A stretch of DNA of 25,145 nt, from the IMG/VR virus record IMGVR_UViG_3300002092_001096, positions 1-25,145 of that record; one strand, 5' to 3'. The notes beneath the pieces were generated by a model. That model saw nothing but the letters and a program-made list of their open reading frames with translations. It searched no databases and was not told where the DNA came from. Within the stretch, counting starts at the first letter, position 1; every line of letters starts with the position of its first letter. Position numbers and translations under genes: made by a program. Positions 14,886 to 24,254 of the stretch are shown here, in pieces. This stretch comes from a virus (Duplodnaviria > Caudoviricetes).

Positions 14886-17096
14886 TTATACTGCTATCAA
14901 ACCTATAAATCTTGATACCAGAACACGATTGATTTGCCGTGTCTTATTATACTTCATAAATGCTTTGGTTAGATTTGTAGCATTCACTTTAGCAGGTGCT
15001 TCAAATTCATCATCCGTTACCGACAACGAGTTACCCGCAGGTAAGATAAAGAAAGAACTGTAACCAGTATTATTTGATTCCAGAAATTTTTCTTTACGCA
15101 AAACCCTAGCATACTTATTCAGTGCATCTGACATACCATAGTTTTTTGGATCACTACGTAAAGTATTCATTTCTTTATTAAACAACCTACGGCGTAATGC
15201 ATTCTTTAGATAGTTTTCATCAGCAAGAAAGAATCCAATAATCTTGGTGCCAGTTGTCTTGGTTAACCATTCTGATACAGCCCAACGCACACCATCACTA
15301 TTCAATTCATCATGTTTCACTTGAATTTGAACTTTGTTTTTCTTGTCGTTGATAAAAACATTCATCCAACCAGTAGCAAAACTGTTATGTCTTGAAACAT
15401 TCGAATATGTGGAATCGATTTTATCCGCATCACCATCATGAATGACTACCGTATTCACGATATCCAAATTATTCTTTTCCCTAAACTTTTCAATCAAAGG
15501 TTTAACAGCAACCAAAGCTTCAGTCATTGGAGTATTTGATAATGCTTCAGCAGGAGTGCGGTAAAAATAATTAGCTTTCCAATTACCTCTGAACGTAGTC
15601 ATCAGTGCCAAAATATTTTTAACTGCTTTCAAGAATTGAGCATTACCCATATTCGAACTCAAGTATTCACGCAAATAAACATTACTGAAAACCATTTCAT
15701 TTGTTTTATTAGTAAAGCATTTTACATGACCGTCTTCATTTGGAAAATCACATACTCGTCCTATTTCACTATTACCATAACCATAAACGGTAAACGGTAT
15801 GTTAACTTTGCGGCAGAATGTGGACAGAATCAGAATCTGTTCGAATGATGCTGACAAGTTACTCTGCATTGAACCAGACTTATCCAACAACAAAACCAGA
15901 CCATGTGATTTACCTTTAGGTACACGCATAATCTTTTTGAAGATGCTATCGTCAAGTTGATATTTGTAAATTTTATTTACATCAATGTCACCAGTAGCTG
16001 CAACTTTTGCTTTGGCAAATTTACTTGCAGCTTTACGCATCTCAAATTCTTTGGCAAGCAAACTAATATAACGTTCATTCTTTTTACGGAACTGATCGTA
16101 TAATGTTTGAACAACACTATCATAATCAGTGCATTGACTCTTGAATTCTTGAGTAAGGATTTCGTGAACACGCGCTACTGGAGTAATAATATTTTTCAGG
16201 ATTGGTGTTGGCAATTCGGCGTAAAAGTATGTACGTGATTTAGCATCCAACAATTTCTGTTCGTTATTACGAAACGCTTCATCAGTTTCGCATGTTGGTT
16301 CCATATCTTTATTAGAAGCTTCGGAATGCTTATCACGATTGATTCTGTTACCATTCTCACCATCAAACTCGTCATCACCATCATCATTGCCTGGCTCACC
16401 TGGCTCACCCTCACCATTTTCTTGATCAGAATCTTCACCATCTTCACCATCATCACCAGATTTGGTACCATATTCATCGCCATCGGAATCTTCAACAAAG
16501 TATTCTTGTACGAATTGTTTCATTTTACTTTGTTCATCTTTGGAATAGTTCCAAATTTCTTCAGTAACTCTAAGAACATCATTCCATGTTTCACAATCTT
16601 TAACTTTTTCTACCAACTCTTCTTCATAGTCGGTAAAAGTAATCTTTAAAGTGTAATCGGATTTTGTAAGTATGTTAAGCCTATCAATGAAAGGAAGTTC
16701 ATCTAGGTTACGATCTTTGATGCCAAAGAAATCACGCTCCATCAAATTTTCATAACCACGAATGAATGATGAACGCAAACCAGGATACTTACGTTTGATT
16801 TTCTTTTCAATGCGTGGGTCTTCGATTACATTCAGAAAGCTTTTATACTTCTGACCGCGATCACATACCGCAGTGTGCCAACCATCTGCTGGAGTGTATA
16901 ATGCGTGACCAACTTCGTGACCCATCAAAAGATCATAGAGACTACCCGACATATCTTCCCATATAGGACAAGTCAGAACCCGTGTTATAGGATGAAAGGA
17001 TGCTGTCTGAGCCTTGGCATGTTGAACTGTGATGTTCTCAGTAGCCATTAGTTTGGCTAGTTGTGATTTCTGTTGCGAATTTGGTGTGATATTCAT
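14886..17096 (-). CDS. vWA-domain protein with N-terminal HEXXH motif (CobT-like partner of the AAA+ ATPase)
   Basis: 736 aa; HEVGH, EDPRIE, acidic Gly-rich linker, MIDAS DKSGS, TP and HDGD. Confidence 0.85.
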   Translation of the reverse strand: MNITPNSQQKSQLAKLMATENITVQHAKAQTASFHPITRVLTCPIWEDMSGSLYDLLMGHEVGHALYTPADGWHTAVCDRGQKYKSFLNVIEDPRIEKKIKRKYPGLRSSFIRGYENLMERDFFGIKDRNLDELPFIDRLNILTKSDYTLKITFTDYEEELVEKVKDCETWNDVLRVTEEIWNYSKDEQSKMKQFVQEYFVEDSDGDEYGTKSGDDGEDGEDSDQENGEGEPGEPGNDDGDDEFDGENGNRINRDKHSEASNKDMEPTCETDEAFRNNEQKLLDAKSRTYFYAELPTPILKNIITPVARVHEILTQEFKSQCTDYDSVVQTLYDQFRKKNERYISLLAKEFEMRKAASKFAKAKVAATGDIDVNKIYKYQLDDSIFKKIMRVPKGKSHGLVLLLDKSGSMQSNLSASFEQILILSTFCRKVNIPFTVYGYGNSEIGRVCDFPNEDGHVKCFTNKTNEMVFSNVYLREYLSSNMGNAQFLKAVKNILALMTTFRGNWKANYFYRTPAEALSNTPMTEALVAVKPLIEKFREKNNLDIVNTVVIHDGDADKIDSTYSNVSRHNSFATGWMNVFINDKKNKVQIQVKHDELNSDGVRWAVSEWLTKTTGTKIIGFFLADENYLKNALRRRLFNKEMNTLRSDPKNYGMSDALNKYARVLRKEKFLESNNTGYSSFFILPAGNSLSVTDDEFEAPAKVNATNLTKAFMKYNKTRQINRVLVSRFIGLIAV

Positions 17097-17121
17097 TTAT
17101 CTCTCCATTGAACACACAACA

Positions 17122-17181
17122 ATCTTACAACAAGCCAATCAAAAATTCAAGGTAAATGTTTATTGTTGTAAAAATACAACA
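17122..17181 (-). promoter_or_regulatory. Sigma70-like promoter with perfect upstream palindrome
   Basis: TTGAAT (17150-17145) - 17 nt - TAAGAT (17127-17122); TGTTGTA-N4-TACAACA at 17164-17181. Confidence 0.65.
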
Positions 17182-17751
17182 CTATTTACGACTACGTTGT
17201 ATCTTTTTGATGATCTTTACCTGCTTTTTCTTTGCCATTTGTAAGGCTACTGGTTTGGCATGGTTGGTAAATCGTATGCCATTGAGATGATCCAGTTCAT
17301 GTAGGAAACACTGAGCAGTTACACCCTGCAATCTTCCTTCTTTGATAACACCATACTCATCGGTATATTCTACCTCAATCCAATCGGGTCGTTCAATACC
17401 CAAGAACAAACCAGGATAAGATAAGCATCCCTCTTTATTCTTTGTATTATTATCTGAACGATTTACTACTTTGGGATTGATACATGTTATTTGAAACTCA
17501 TCAGTACCTACCACAAACATTCTTTCAGATACACCACATTGATTAGCAGATAAGCCTAGACCTGCATACAGTTTCATGGTCATTCGCATACGCTTGGCTA
17601 ATGTAACCAGTGCTGGATTAGGAAACTCACCAGTGTATTCTGGCATAACCTTTTGGAGTAAAGGAAAATCCTCACCATAAATTGGTAGCTGTTCTATCTT
17701 CTCTGTTGTTTGTATACCTGCACTGGTATCAATAGTTAATATCTCACTCAT
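17182..17751 (-). CDS. def: Peptide deformylase
   Basis: All three PDF motifs: GLGLSANQ, EGCLS, HELDH. Confidence 0.95.
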   Translation of the reverse strand: MSEILTIDTSAGIQTTEKIEQLPIYGEDFPLLQKVMPEYTGEFPNPALVTLAKRMRMTMKLYAGLGLSANQCGVSERMFVVGTDEFQITCINPKVVNRSDNNTKNKEGCLSYPGLFLGIERPDWIEVEYTDEYGVIKEGRLQGVTAQCFLHELDHLNGIRFTNHAKPVALQMAKKKQVKIIKKIQRSRK

Positions 17752-19460
17752 TTCGTTACCTTTGAAAAGTTCTTTACCTTTTGAAATTTAATAACATTCG
17801 TAAAGTTATCTTGTAGTATGTCACCCTTGTGGCTAATCACAAACAAGTTCACATCTTCCAACGAATGAAGAATCCGCATCAGTTTTTCTGTGCCTGTGGT
17901 GTCTAAAGAAGAATCAAATACTTCATCCAGTATTAACAGGTTAGTGCTTGATGAGTTCTTTAGTTTTGCAACTGCTCTCCATGTCAACATCAATGCCATA
18001 TCAATACGTTGTTTCTCACCCTCAGAGAAATTATGATATGAAAAGTCATCTCGATGGCGGGACTTGATTGTTTCCTTGAACGATTCATCCAGATTAAAGT
18101 TCACAAAAAAATCCATCGATGACAAATACATATTCACCAGCTTATTAATTACTGGTAAGTATTGTTTGATGATCTTAGTTTTGATGCCTGTGTCTTTCAA
18201 TAAGACTGATGCTGCATCGAAGTAGGACTTCTCTTCTGTCAACGCAACCAGTTCACGGGCAATCGTTTTAATTTCTTCAGCCAGTTCTTCAAGTTCTTTT
18301 GCTGCGTTCTCATCCCTGATCTGTTCTTGTTGCAGATGTTCAAGTTGTTTTGTCAATGTGTCAATAGTATAATTGACACCAGTAATAGAAGTATTAGTAA
18401 CTGCCAGTTTTGTACGTAGATCATATAGGGTATCCTCTTCTTGTTCTAATACGACTAATGCATCTTCGTGTTCTTTTAATTTGTCTTGGAGTTCTCGTTG
18501 TCCCGTCGATAGTTCCAACTCTTTACTGGACAGTCGCTGAAACTCCCCCTCTTTAAATTCCACGGTAATGGCTTGCCTACACGTTGGGCAATCCTCATTG
18601 TGTTCAAAGAAATGTTTATCCATTCCCACTTTGGATATTTTTTCTTCAATTTGAGATTCAATTTTTCTAAGCGATTTGATCTTCGCATCAACTTTATTTT
18701 TTTCTGCCACCGAAACGGTAAGTGTTTGAACCTGTTGTCCCAAGACATTAGCCGATTCATGTAAGGTTTGTAAACCTTTCTTCTGGTTATCAATCTGATC
18801 AACATATTCTTTTACCCTAACTTCAATACTTCGATTGGTGTTATCGAAATGTTCTTTCTTTATTGTGTACTTCTGCCTGACAAGTTCCAGTTCATTCTTC
18901 TTAATGATTATGTTATCTTTATTGCCTGATGATCTGGACTTAACCAGACTGTTCATACTAGAAAAGATTTGAATGTCCAACAGGTCTTCAATAATTGCTC
19001 TGCGATCCGCAGCCGATAGCTGCATGAAAGGAACAAACGATGCTGAACCTAGTATGACAATCTGTGTGAACGATTTAAAATCTAGTTTGATAATAAATCG
19101 TTCAAGGTAATCCTGATAGTCTTTAGTAGCTGCATCTTGATTCAACAGAACTCCGTCCTGATAAATCTGAAAGATGTTTGGTTTGATACCACGAACAATC
19201 TTAAAGTTCTTGATGCCAACTTCAAACTCAACTTCAACCAAACAATCTTTGTTATTGATCGAGTTCAGTAATGTGGGTTTGTTGATATTGCGAAATGCTT
19301 TCCCAAATAAAGCAAAGCACAATGCGTCAAGCATTGTTGATTTACCTGAACCATTCGTCCCAACAACCAATGTATTAGGATTGGCATCAAGTTTCATTTC
19401 AATAAAATAGTTACCCGTTGAAAGCATGTTCTTCCAACGTAATGTTTTAAATTTTATCAT
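17748..19460 (-). CDS. 46: Recombination endonuclease subunit gp46 (Rad50/SbcC-like ATPase)
   Basis: GTNGSGKST, zinc hook CPTC in coiled coil, signature FSEGE, Walker B LILDEVFD, ISH. Confidence 0.96.
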   Translation of the reverse strand: MIKFKTLRWKNMLSTGNYFIEMKLDANPNTLVVGTNGSGKSTMLDALCFALFGKAFRNINKPTLLNSINNKDCLVEVEFEVGIKNFKIVRGIKPNIFQIYQDGVLLNQDAATKDYQDYLERFIIKLDFKSFTQIVILGSASFVPFMQLSAADRRAIIEDLLDIQIFSSMNSLVKSRSSGNKDNIIIKKNELELVRQKYTIKKEHFDNTNRSIEVRVKEYVDQIDNQKKGLQTLHESANVLGQQVQTLTVSVAEKNKVDAKIKSLRKIESQIEEKISKVGMDKHFFEHNEDCPTCRQAITVEFKEGEFQRLSSKELELSTGQRELQDKLKEHEDALVVLEQEEDTLYDLRTKLAVTNTSITGVNYTIDTLTKQLEHLQQEQIRDENAAKELEELAEEIKTIARELVALTEEKSYFDAASVLLKDTGIKTKIIKQYLPVINKLVNMYLSSMDFFVNFNLDESFKETIKSRHRDDFSYHNFSEGEKQRIDMALMLTWRAVAKLKNSSSTNLLILDEVFDSSLDTTGTEKLMRILHSLEDVNLFVISHKGDILQDNFTNVIKFQKVKNFSKVTK

Positions 19461-20530
19461 TCAGAATCATCATGGTTTATAGCTTCAACATACAGTTCAC
19501 GCATCAATGTTTTCAGCTTTTCATTCTCAACTGGTAGCTTGAGATTATCAATATACTTGGAAAGGATAGTTATAGTATCTTCGGCTTGATCAATAATATC
19601 TTGATCATTAGTTTCAGAATCTTCACTAAAGTCTTCTACAATAGTAATGTCTGTGACATCAGCCTTGTATAGACTTTCGATTACGAAATCAAATAGGAAT
19701 GGGTTTGTTTTTTCTACAACGATAACTTTGACGTAGCAATCTTTGTATACACTGTAGTCAAAGGTGCGCCAAATATCTTGAAAATTTTCTATAGTATCAC
19801 TGTATTTAATCTTACGGAAAATCTTGTAAGGGTTTCGGAAGAATTCTAGTTCACGTGTATTCAAATCTAAGATATGAAATCCACGCATGTCATCATAATC
19901 AGACCATGTGATTTCACCAGGCGTACCGACATAGTAGATATGTCCGTCACTGGAACGATGGTGGAAGTGTCCAGTGAGAACCATATCATACTTAGATAAT
20001 GCAGTACGATCTAAACCTTCATGGCAAATAACACCCCGTTCCATTTCAAAGCCAGCAATCTCAAAGTGCCCAAAACAAATCTCTGAACGACTCTGTTTTA
20101 CTTTATCAAAGATATCAGCTTTGTTACTGTCGCATAGCCAAGGTATAATATCAACATCAATCCCGTCAAAATCAACTGTATTAAAAGAATTATATACAGT
20201 AATGTTACCATATTCCCCTAGTAATAGTTCTGAAGAGTTAACCTCTAGTGTATTTTTGAATGCAATGTCGTGATTACCCAACAGGGTTATCAGTTTGATA
20301 TCGTATTCTTTAAGCTTATCAAAGAAGTATTTTCTAGCTAAGTGTAAAGAATTGAAGTTGATATACTTGCGGCGATCAAATAAATCACCTAGCTGAACAA
20401 CAGTTTTAATGTCGTTCTCTAATAGATATGGAAAGAATGTAGTCGTATAGAACTTCTCATAGTATTTATGGAAATCCAACGAGTCATTTCGCATTCCGAA
20501 ATGGGTGTCACCGAGAATAGCTATTTTCAT
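19457..20530 (-). CDS. 47: Recombination endonuclease subunit gp47 (Mre11/SbcD-like nuclease)
   Basis: GDTHFG, GDLFD, GNHD, GHFE, GHFH phosphoesterase motifs. Confidence 0.96.
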   Translation of the reverse strand: MKIAILGDTHFGMRNDSLDFHKYYEKFYTTTFFPYLLENDIKTVVQLGDLFDRRKYINFNSLHLARKYFFDKLKEYDIKLITLLGNHDIAFKNTLEVNSSELLLGEYGNITVYNSFNTVDFDGIDVDIIPWLCDSNKADIFDKVKQSRSEICFGHFEIAGFEMERGVICHEGLDRTALSKYDMVLTGHFHHRSSDGHIYYVGTPGEITWSDYDDMRGFHILDLNTRELEFFRNPYKIFRKIKYSDTIENFQDIWRTFDYSVYKDCYVKVIVVEKTNPFLFDFVIESLYKADVTDITIVEDFSEDSETNDQDIIDQAEDTITILSKYIDNLKLPVENEKLKTLMRELYVEAINHDDSE

Positions 20531-20534
20531 TCTG

Positions 20535-21071
20535 CTATTCTACATCATTTTCTAGAAAATTTTCAAGTCCTTTTGCGGTTTTGGTCTTCTTTTTCTTTTT
20601 ATTCTCTTCAAAGTTGAAGATGAATTCGGAAATGTTATCATAAAGTTCAAACTGTTTCATGTTACCATTCTCGTCTTCGTACATCTCCCCCTCATCCAGC
20701 ATCCCGAATTGTTGGGTAGCTTTATACTTTACGTATAGTTGTTTCTTCTCCCGCATGATTCGACGCAGGAAAGCATAGTAGATAATTTGGGTAAAGTAGG
20801 CAAAAGGATTCTTGCTTTTACTTGGATCAAAGTTCCGGAAATACATGATACAGTTCTCAACGCCATCCGATATCATTTCATCACGGTAAGTGTAGGAAAT
20901 GAAGTTGGGTTTCCGCGATAGGTGTTCCGCTATCTTGAGGAAACACTCCCCGATATAATTGGGAATCTTGGGGTCGGGTAAGTTTTCCTCTTTTGCTTTT
21001 ACACAATCATCCTTATATTTAATGAGTGCTACCAGAAAATCAGCGTTGTTTACATAGTGATTAGATGCCAT
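20535..21071 (-). CDS. 55: Late transcription sigma factor gp55
   Basis: HYVNNADF, YIGECFLKIA, EMISDGVENC, NPFAYFTQI, AFLRRI; synteny 55-47-46. Confidence 0.95.
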   Translation of the reverse strand: MASNHYVNNADFLVALIKYKDDCVKAKEENLPDPKIPNYIGECFLKIAEHLSRKPNFISYTYRDEMISDGVENCIMYFRNFDPSKSKNPFAYFTQIIYYAFLRRIMREKKQLYVKYKATQQFGMLDEGEMYEDENGNMKQFELYDNISEFIFNFEENKKKKKTKTAKGLENFLENDVE

Positions 21072-21095
21072 TGTTTACCTTTTTTTGTCTGCCTA

Positions 21096-21124
21096 TTGAC
21101 AACCTTTCGACGAGTGGATAAAAT
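21096..21124 (+). promoter_or_regulatory. Near-consensus sigma70 promoter on the non-coding strand
   Basis: TTGACA (21096-21101) - 17 nt - TAAAAT (21119-21124) in the 78-nt gap upstream of gene 55. Confidence 0.6.
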
Positions 21125-21149
21125 GCTTTTGTTCCAAATGAAAATGGAT

Positions 21150-22085
21150 TTATATATTACCGTAAACGTTATTCTTAATCATCTTATAACCTTTCAGTAA
21201 TTCTTCAATACCAAAATCAAGATCGTACATTGGTTCAAAACCAGTAGCTTCTAACTTAGCATTAGAGACAATGTAGTTCCGCTGATCAGGGTCTTTCTTA
21301 ATCTCACCTTCCACTACAGTGAAACCAGGAACATGCTTCTTGATTATGTCACACAGTTCCAACTTAGATACATTAGCAGTTGAAAGACCTACGTTGTAGA
21401 TTTCACCCTTCATTGTATTAAAGTTATAGATTGCATGGATGAATGCATCACACACATCACGAACATGAATGTAGTTACGTTTGAAATGACCTTCAAAGAT
21501 AATCACATAGCCATCATTCACAGCACGGTAAGTTAAATCATTTACCAACAAATCAGTACGCATACGTGGAGACATACCAAACACAGTAGCCAAACGGTAA
21601 CTGATTGAGTTCTCACGTTGCATCAACATCTCTTCTACTGCTACCTTGTCAATAGCATATTTGGAAATAGGATTCAGAGGAGACTCTTCTGTACAGAAGT
21701 TATTCTCATCACCCGAACCATATGCTGAATTAGTAGTAGGCATAATGATTCGTTGTTCTTTGGAAACCTTATCCAACATTTTAAAGATTGCTTCTTTATT
21801 GGTAGTGTCTGCACCAACAACATCTTTATTACACAGAGGTGCACCCACCAAAGCAGCCAAAGGAATAATCACATCAGCATTTTTTAGCAATGGTTGAACA
21901 TGAGACATGTTACGAATGTCACCATTGACTACTTGAAAACCAGACCTTGAACATAAATGATTCAAGCTGGATTGTTTGTACATAAAGTTATCGAGTACAG
22001 TTACATTAAATCCTAAGTCCAAAAGAAACTCTGTTAGAATGGAACCAATGTATCCTGCGCCACCTGTCACTAATATATTTTTCAT
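21150..22085 (-). CDS. NAD-dependent nucleotide-sugar epimerase/dehydratase (extended SDR)
   Basis: TGGAGYIG Rossmann motif, catalytic YAIDK, RNYIHVRD. Confidence 0.92.
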   Translation of the reverse strand: MKNILVTGGAGYIGSILTEFLLDLGFNVTVLDNFMYKQSSLNHLCSRSGFQVVNGDIRNMSHVQPLLKNADVIIPLAALVGAPLCNKDVVGADTTNKEAIFKMLDKVSKEQRIIMPTTNSAYGSGDENNFCTEESPLNPISKYAIDKVAVEEMLMQRENSISYRLATVFGMSPRMRTDLLVNDLTYRAVNDGYVIIFEGHFKRNYIHVRDVCDAFIHAIYNFNTMKGEIYNVGLSTANVSKLELCDIIKKHVPGFTVVEGEIKKDPDQRNYIVSNAKLEATGFEPMYDLDFGIEELLKGYKMIKNNVYGNI

Positions 22086-22086
22086 G

Positions 22087-23268
22087 TTATACCTTATCCA
22101 ATACGTCAGTTATTTCTTTGATTGCTGTCTTGCTTAATGATGGATAGTTGCCTATGTAAAAACTATAAAAATGCATGTGTTCCGTATTGGGATAATTCTT
22201 ATAATGATCTGCTGGTACAATACCTTTTAGATATGGTTGACGTAATTGATTACCACCACCAGCAGAACCACGACGAAACTCAATTTCATTATCACGCATC
22301 TTATTCATTAACCTCTGAGCAAACTCTGAGTTTGCATACTCTGGTTGAAGAACAATATTAAATGCATAGTTACTACAACCCACCAAACGAAAATCTACTT
22401 TATACTTCTTGCTATCCAATTTAGATAAAAATTCGAATAGATTTTCATTACGAATCTTAACATTTTGATCAAGGTATTTCAACTGATTCTGACCTAATAT
22501 TCCACCTATTTCGGTGTTACGTACATTGTATGCAGCAAAGGCAAAGATGAATTCTGGATTTAATTCTGGATAAACTTTTTGATAGTTCTTTATCATTGGA
22601 TCAGAACCACACTCACGTACCATACCATGTGAACGTAGCATACGAAGAGTATGGTAAACATTCTCATCATTGGTACACACTATACCACCTTCAATGGTAG
22701 ACATGTGATGTGCAAAGTAAAAAGAGAAGTTAGACATCCATCCAAAACTACCTAGTAGTTTGTTGTTATGTGTAGCACCATGTGACTCACATACATCTTC
22801 AATTAATGGGATGTTTCTGAGTTGTAATTCTGATAGGAGTTTATCTGAGAGACAATCAAACCCTTGTGCATATGTAAGAAATACTGCACGGGTTTTATTG
22901 GTAATAGCATTGAGTATGCCATTGGTGTTCATGCCAAGAGTATCTAAATCGATATCGACAAACACAGGAGTGAAACCACATTGAATGATAGATGCAATAT
23001 CAGATACCCAAGTGAATGGTGGTACAATAACTTCACCACCTTCTGGATGTTTGATCTTGAGCATTGCCATTGATAGTAGATTGGCAGATGCACCTGAGTT
23101 GACAAAGACAGAATACTTTACACCTAACCATTTAGACCATGCTTCTTCAAATGCACGGCACTCTGGACCATTGGTTAGTTTAGGATTGTCTTTCTTTAGA
23201 TGTTCTATGACCAAATCTAAATCTTCTCTGGAAATATTGTCACTCATCAAAGGATACTTCATGATCAC
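22087..23268 (-). CDS. DegT/DnrJ-family PLP enzyme, ColD-like sugar 3-dehydratase
   Basis: VNSGASANL, EDVCESHGA, SFYFAHHMSTIEGG with His at the usual PLP-Lys position. Confidence 0.85.
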   Translation of the reverse strand: MIMKYPLMSDNISREDLDLVIEHLKKDNPKLTNGPECRAFEEAWSKWLGVKYSVFVNSGASANLLSMAMLKIKHPEGGEVIVPPFTWVSDIASIIQCGFTPVFVDIDLDTLGMNTNGILNAITNKTRAVFLTYAQGFDCLSDKLLSELQLRNIPLIEDVCESHGATHNNKLLGSFGWMSNFSFYFAHHMSTIEGGIVCTNDENVYHTLRMLRSHGMVRECGSDPMIKNYQKVYPELNPEFIFAFAAYNVRNTEIGGILGQNQLKYLDQNVKIRNENLFEFLSKLDSKKYKVDFRLVGCSNYAFNIVLQPEYANSEFAQRLMNKMRDNEIEFRRGSAGGGNQLRQPYLKGIVPADHYKNYPNTEHMHFYSFYIGNYPSLSKTAIKEITDVLDKV

Positions 23269-24254
23269 CTCATAATAATTTTGGAACCTTCATAGTCAAA
23301 ACTAAAAGGTATCCATACGTTGATTTGTTTTAATGCATCTTTAATCTTTTGATGGACTTCTGGTGGGGCAAGAAACATAAAGAATCCACCACCACCTGCA
23401 CCCATCAGTTTGCCGCCATATGCACCTGCCTTTATTGCAGCATCGTATATACTATTTATGTCGCTGTTTGAAACGCTATCTGTGAGAGTTTTTTTGTAGT
23501 TCCACTGCTCTTGCAGAAGCAACCCAATATCTTTTATAGCAGAACTGGATTCATGTTCAAATATTCTAAGGGCTTCATTGGTAAGTTTTTGCATAGCCTC
23601 AAGAGTTTGAACAGACTTACCTTCTTTGATAGAGTCAACTTGCTTCTTTGCTTGAACTTCAGATAGTCTACTGATACCAGAAAAACCTAGCATAATATGT
23701 TCTTCCAAATCTAAAACATAACTGTCAGGTATTTTTAGGTCACGAACTTTGGTATTGGCACCAGATAATTCGAGAACTTTGATGCCACCATACGCTGCCA
23801 TGATTTGATCTTGAACTCCTACAGATTCACCAATAATATTCTGTTCAATATCAATTGCCTGTAATGCTAGTTCATGTACGGTAAGTGGTTTACCAAGATA
23901 AGTTTGAAGGGCGTTGATTAATCCAACAGTAAATGAAGAAGATGATCCAATGCCACTCCGAGCAGGTAGATCACCATCATGAGTAATAGATATCCCATTA
24001 GGCACCTGTAGATGTTTTAAACATGCACGTACAGATGGATGTTCTATCTCGTCAAATGTAGGTACACTTTCTATTTTAGAATAAATGACACGGTTAACGT
24101 AATCAAAGTAAGGTGGCAGTTCTTTCACACTGATATAGCAATAGTTTGCCATAGCAGCAGAAATTAATTTAGTTTCATGCGATACAAACCATGAAGGATA
24201 ATCTGCACCGCCACCAAACAATGATAGTCTATACGGAGTTCTAGAAATTATCAT
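23265..24254 (-). CDS. GHMP sugar kinase, HddA-like (heptose-7-phosphate 1-kinase family)
   Basis: RTPYRLSLFGGGAD, DLPARSGIGSSS, GVQDQ, GGKLMGAGGGG. Confidence 0.88.
   Translation of the reverse strand: MIISRTPYRLSLFGGGADYPSWFVSHETKLISAAMANYCYISVKELPPYFDYVNRVIYSKIESVPTFDEIEHPSVRACLKHLQVPNGISITHDGDLPARSGIGSSSSFTVGLINALQTYLGKPLTVHELALQAIDIEQNIIGESVGVQDQIMAAYGGIKVLELSGANTKVRDLKIPDSYVLDLEEHIMLGFSGISRLSEVQAKKQVDSIKEGKSVQTLEAMQKLTNEALRIFEHESSSAIKDIGLLLQEQWNYKKTLTDSVSNSDINSIYDAAIKAGAYGGKLMGAGGGGFFMFLAPPEVHQKIKDALKQINVWIPFSFDYEGSKIIMR

Noticed and set aside
16360-16490. Short tandem repeats (CCTGGCTCA x2, TCACCATC-like units)
   Set aside because: They encode the acidic Gly-rich linker of the vWA protein; not a CRISPR array or iteron set.
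13613-17096. Cobalamin biosynthesis (cobS/cobT) auxiliary metabolic genes
   Set aside because: No cobN or other cobalamin genes here; generic AAA+/vWA motifs do not imply chelatase function.
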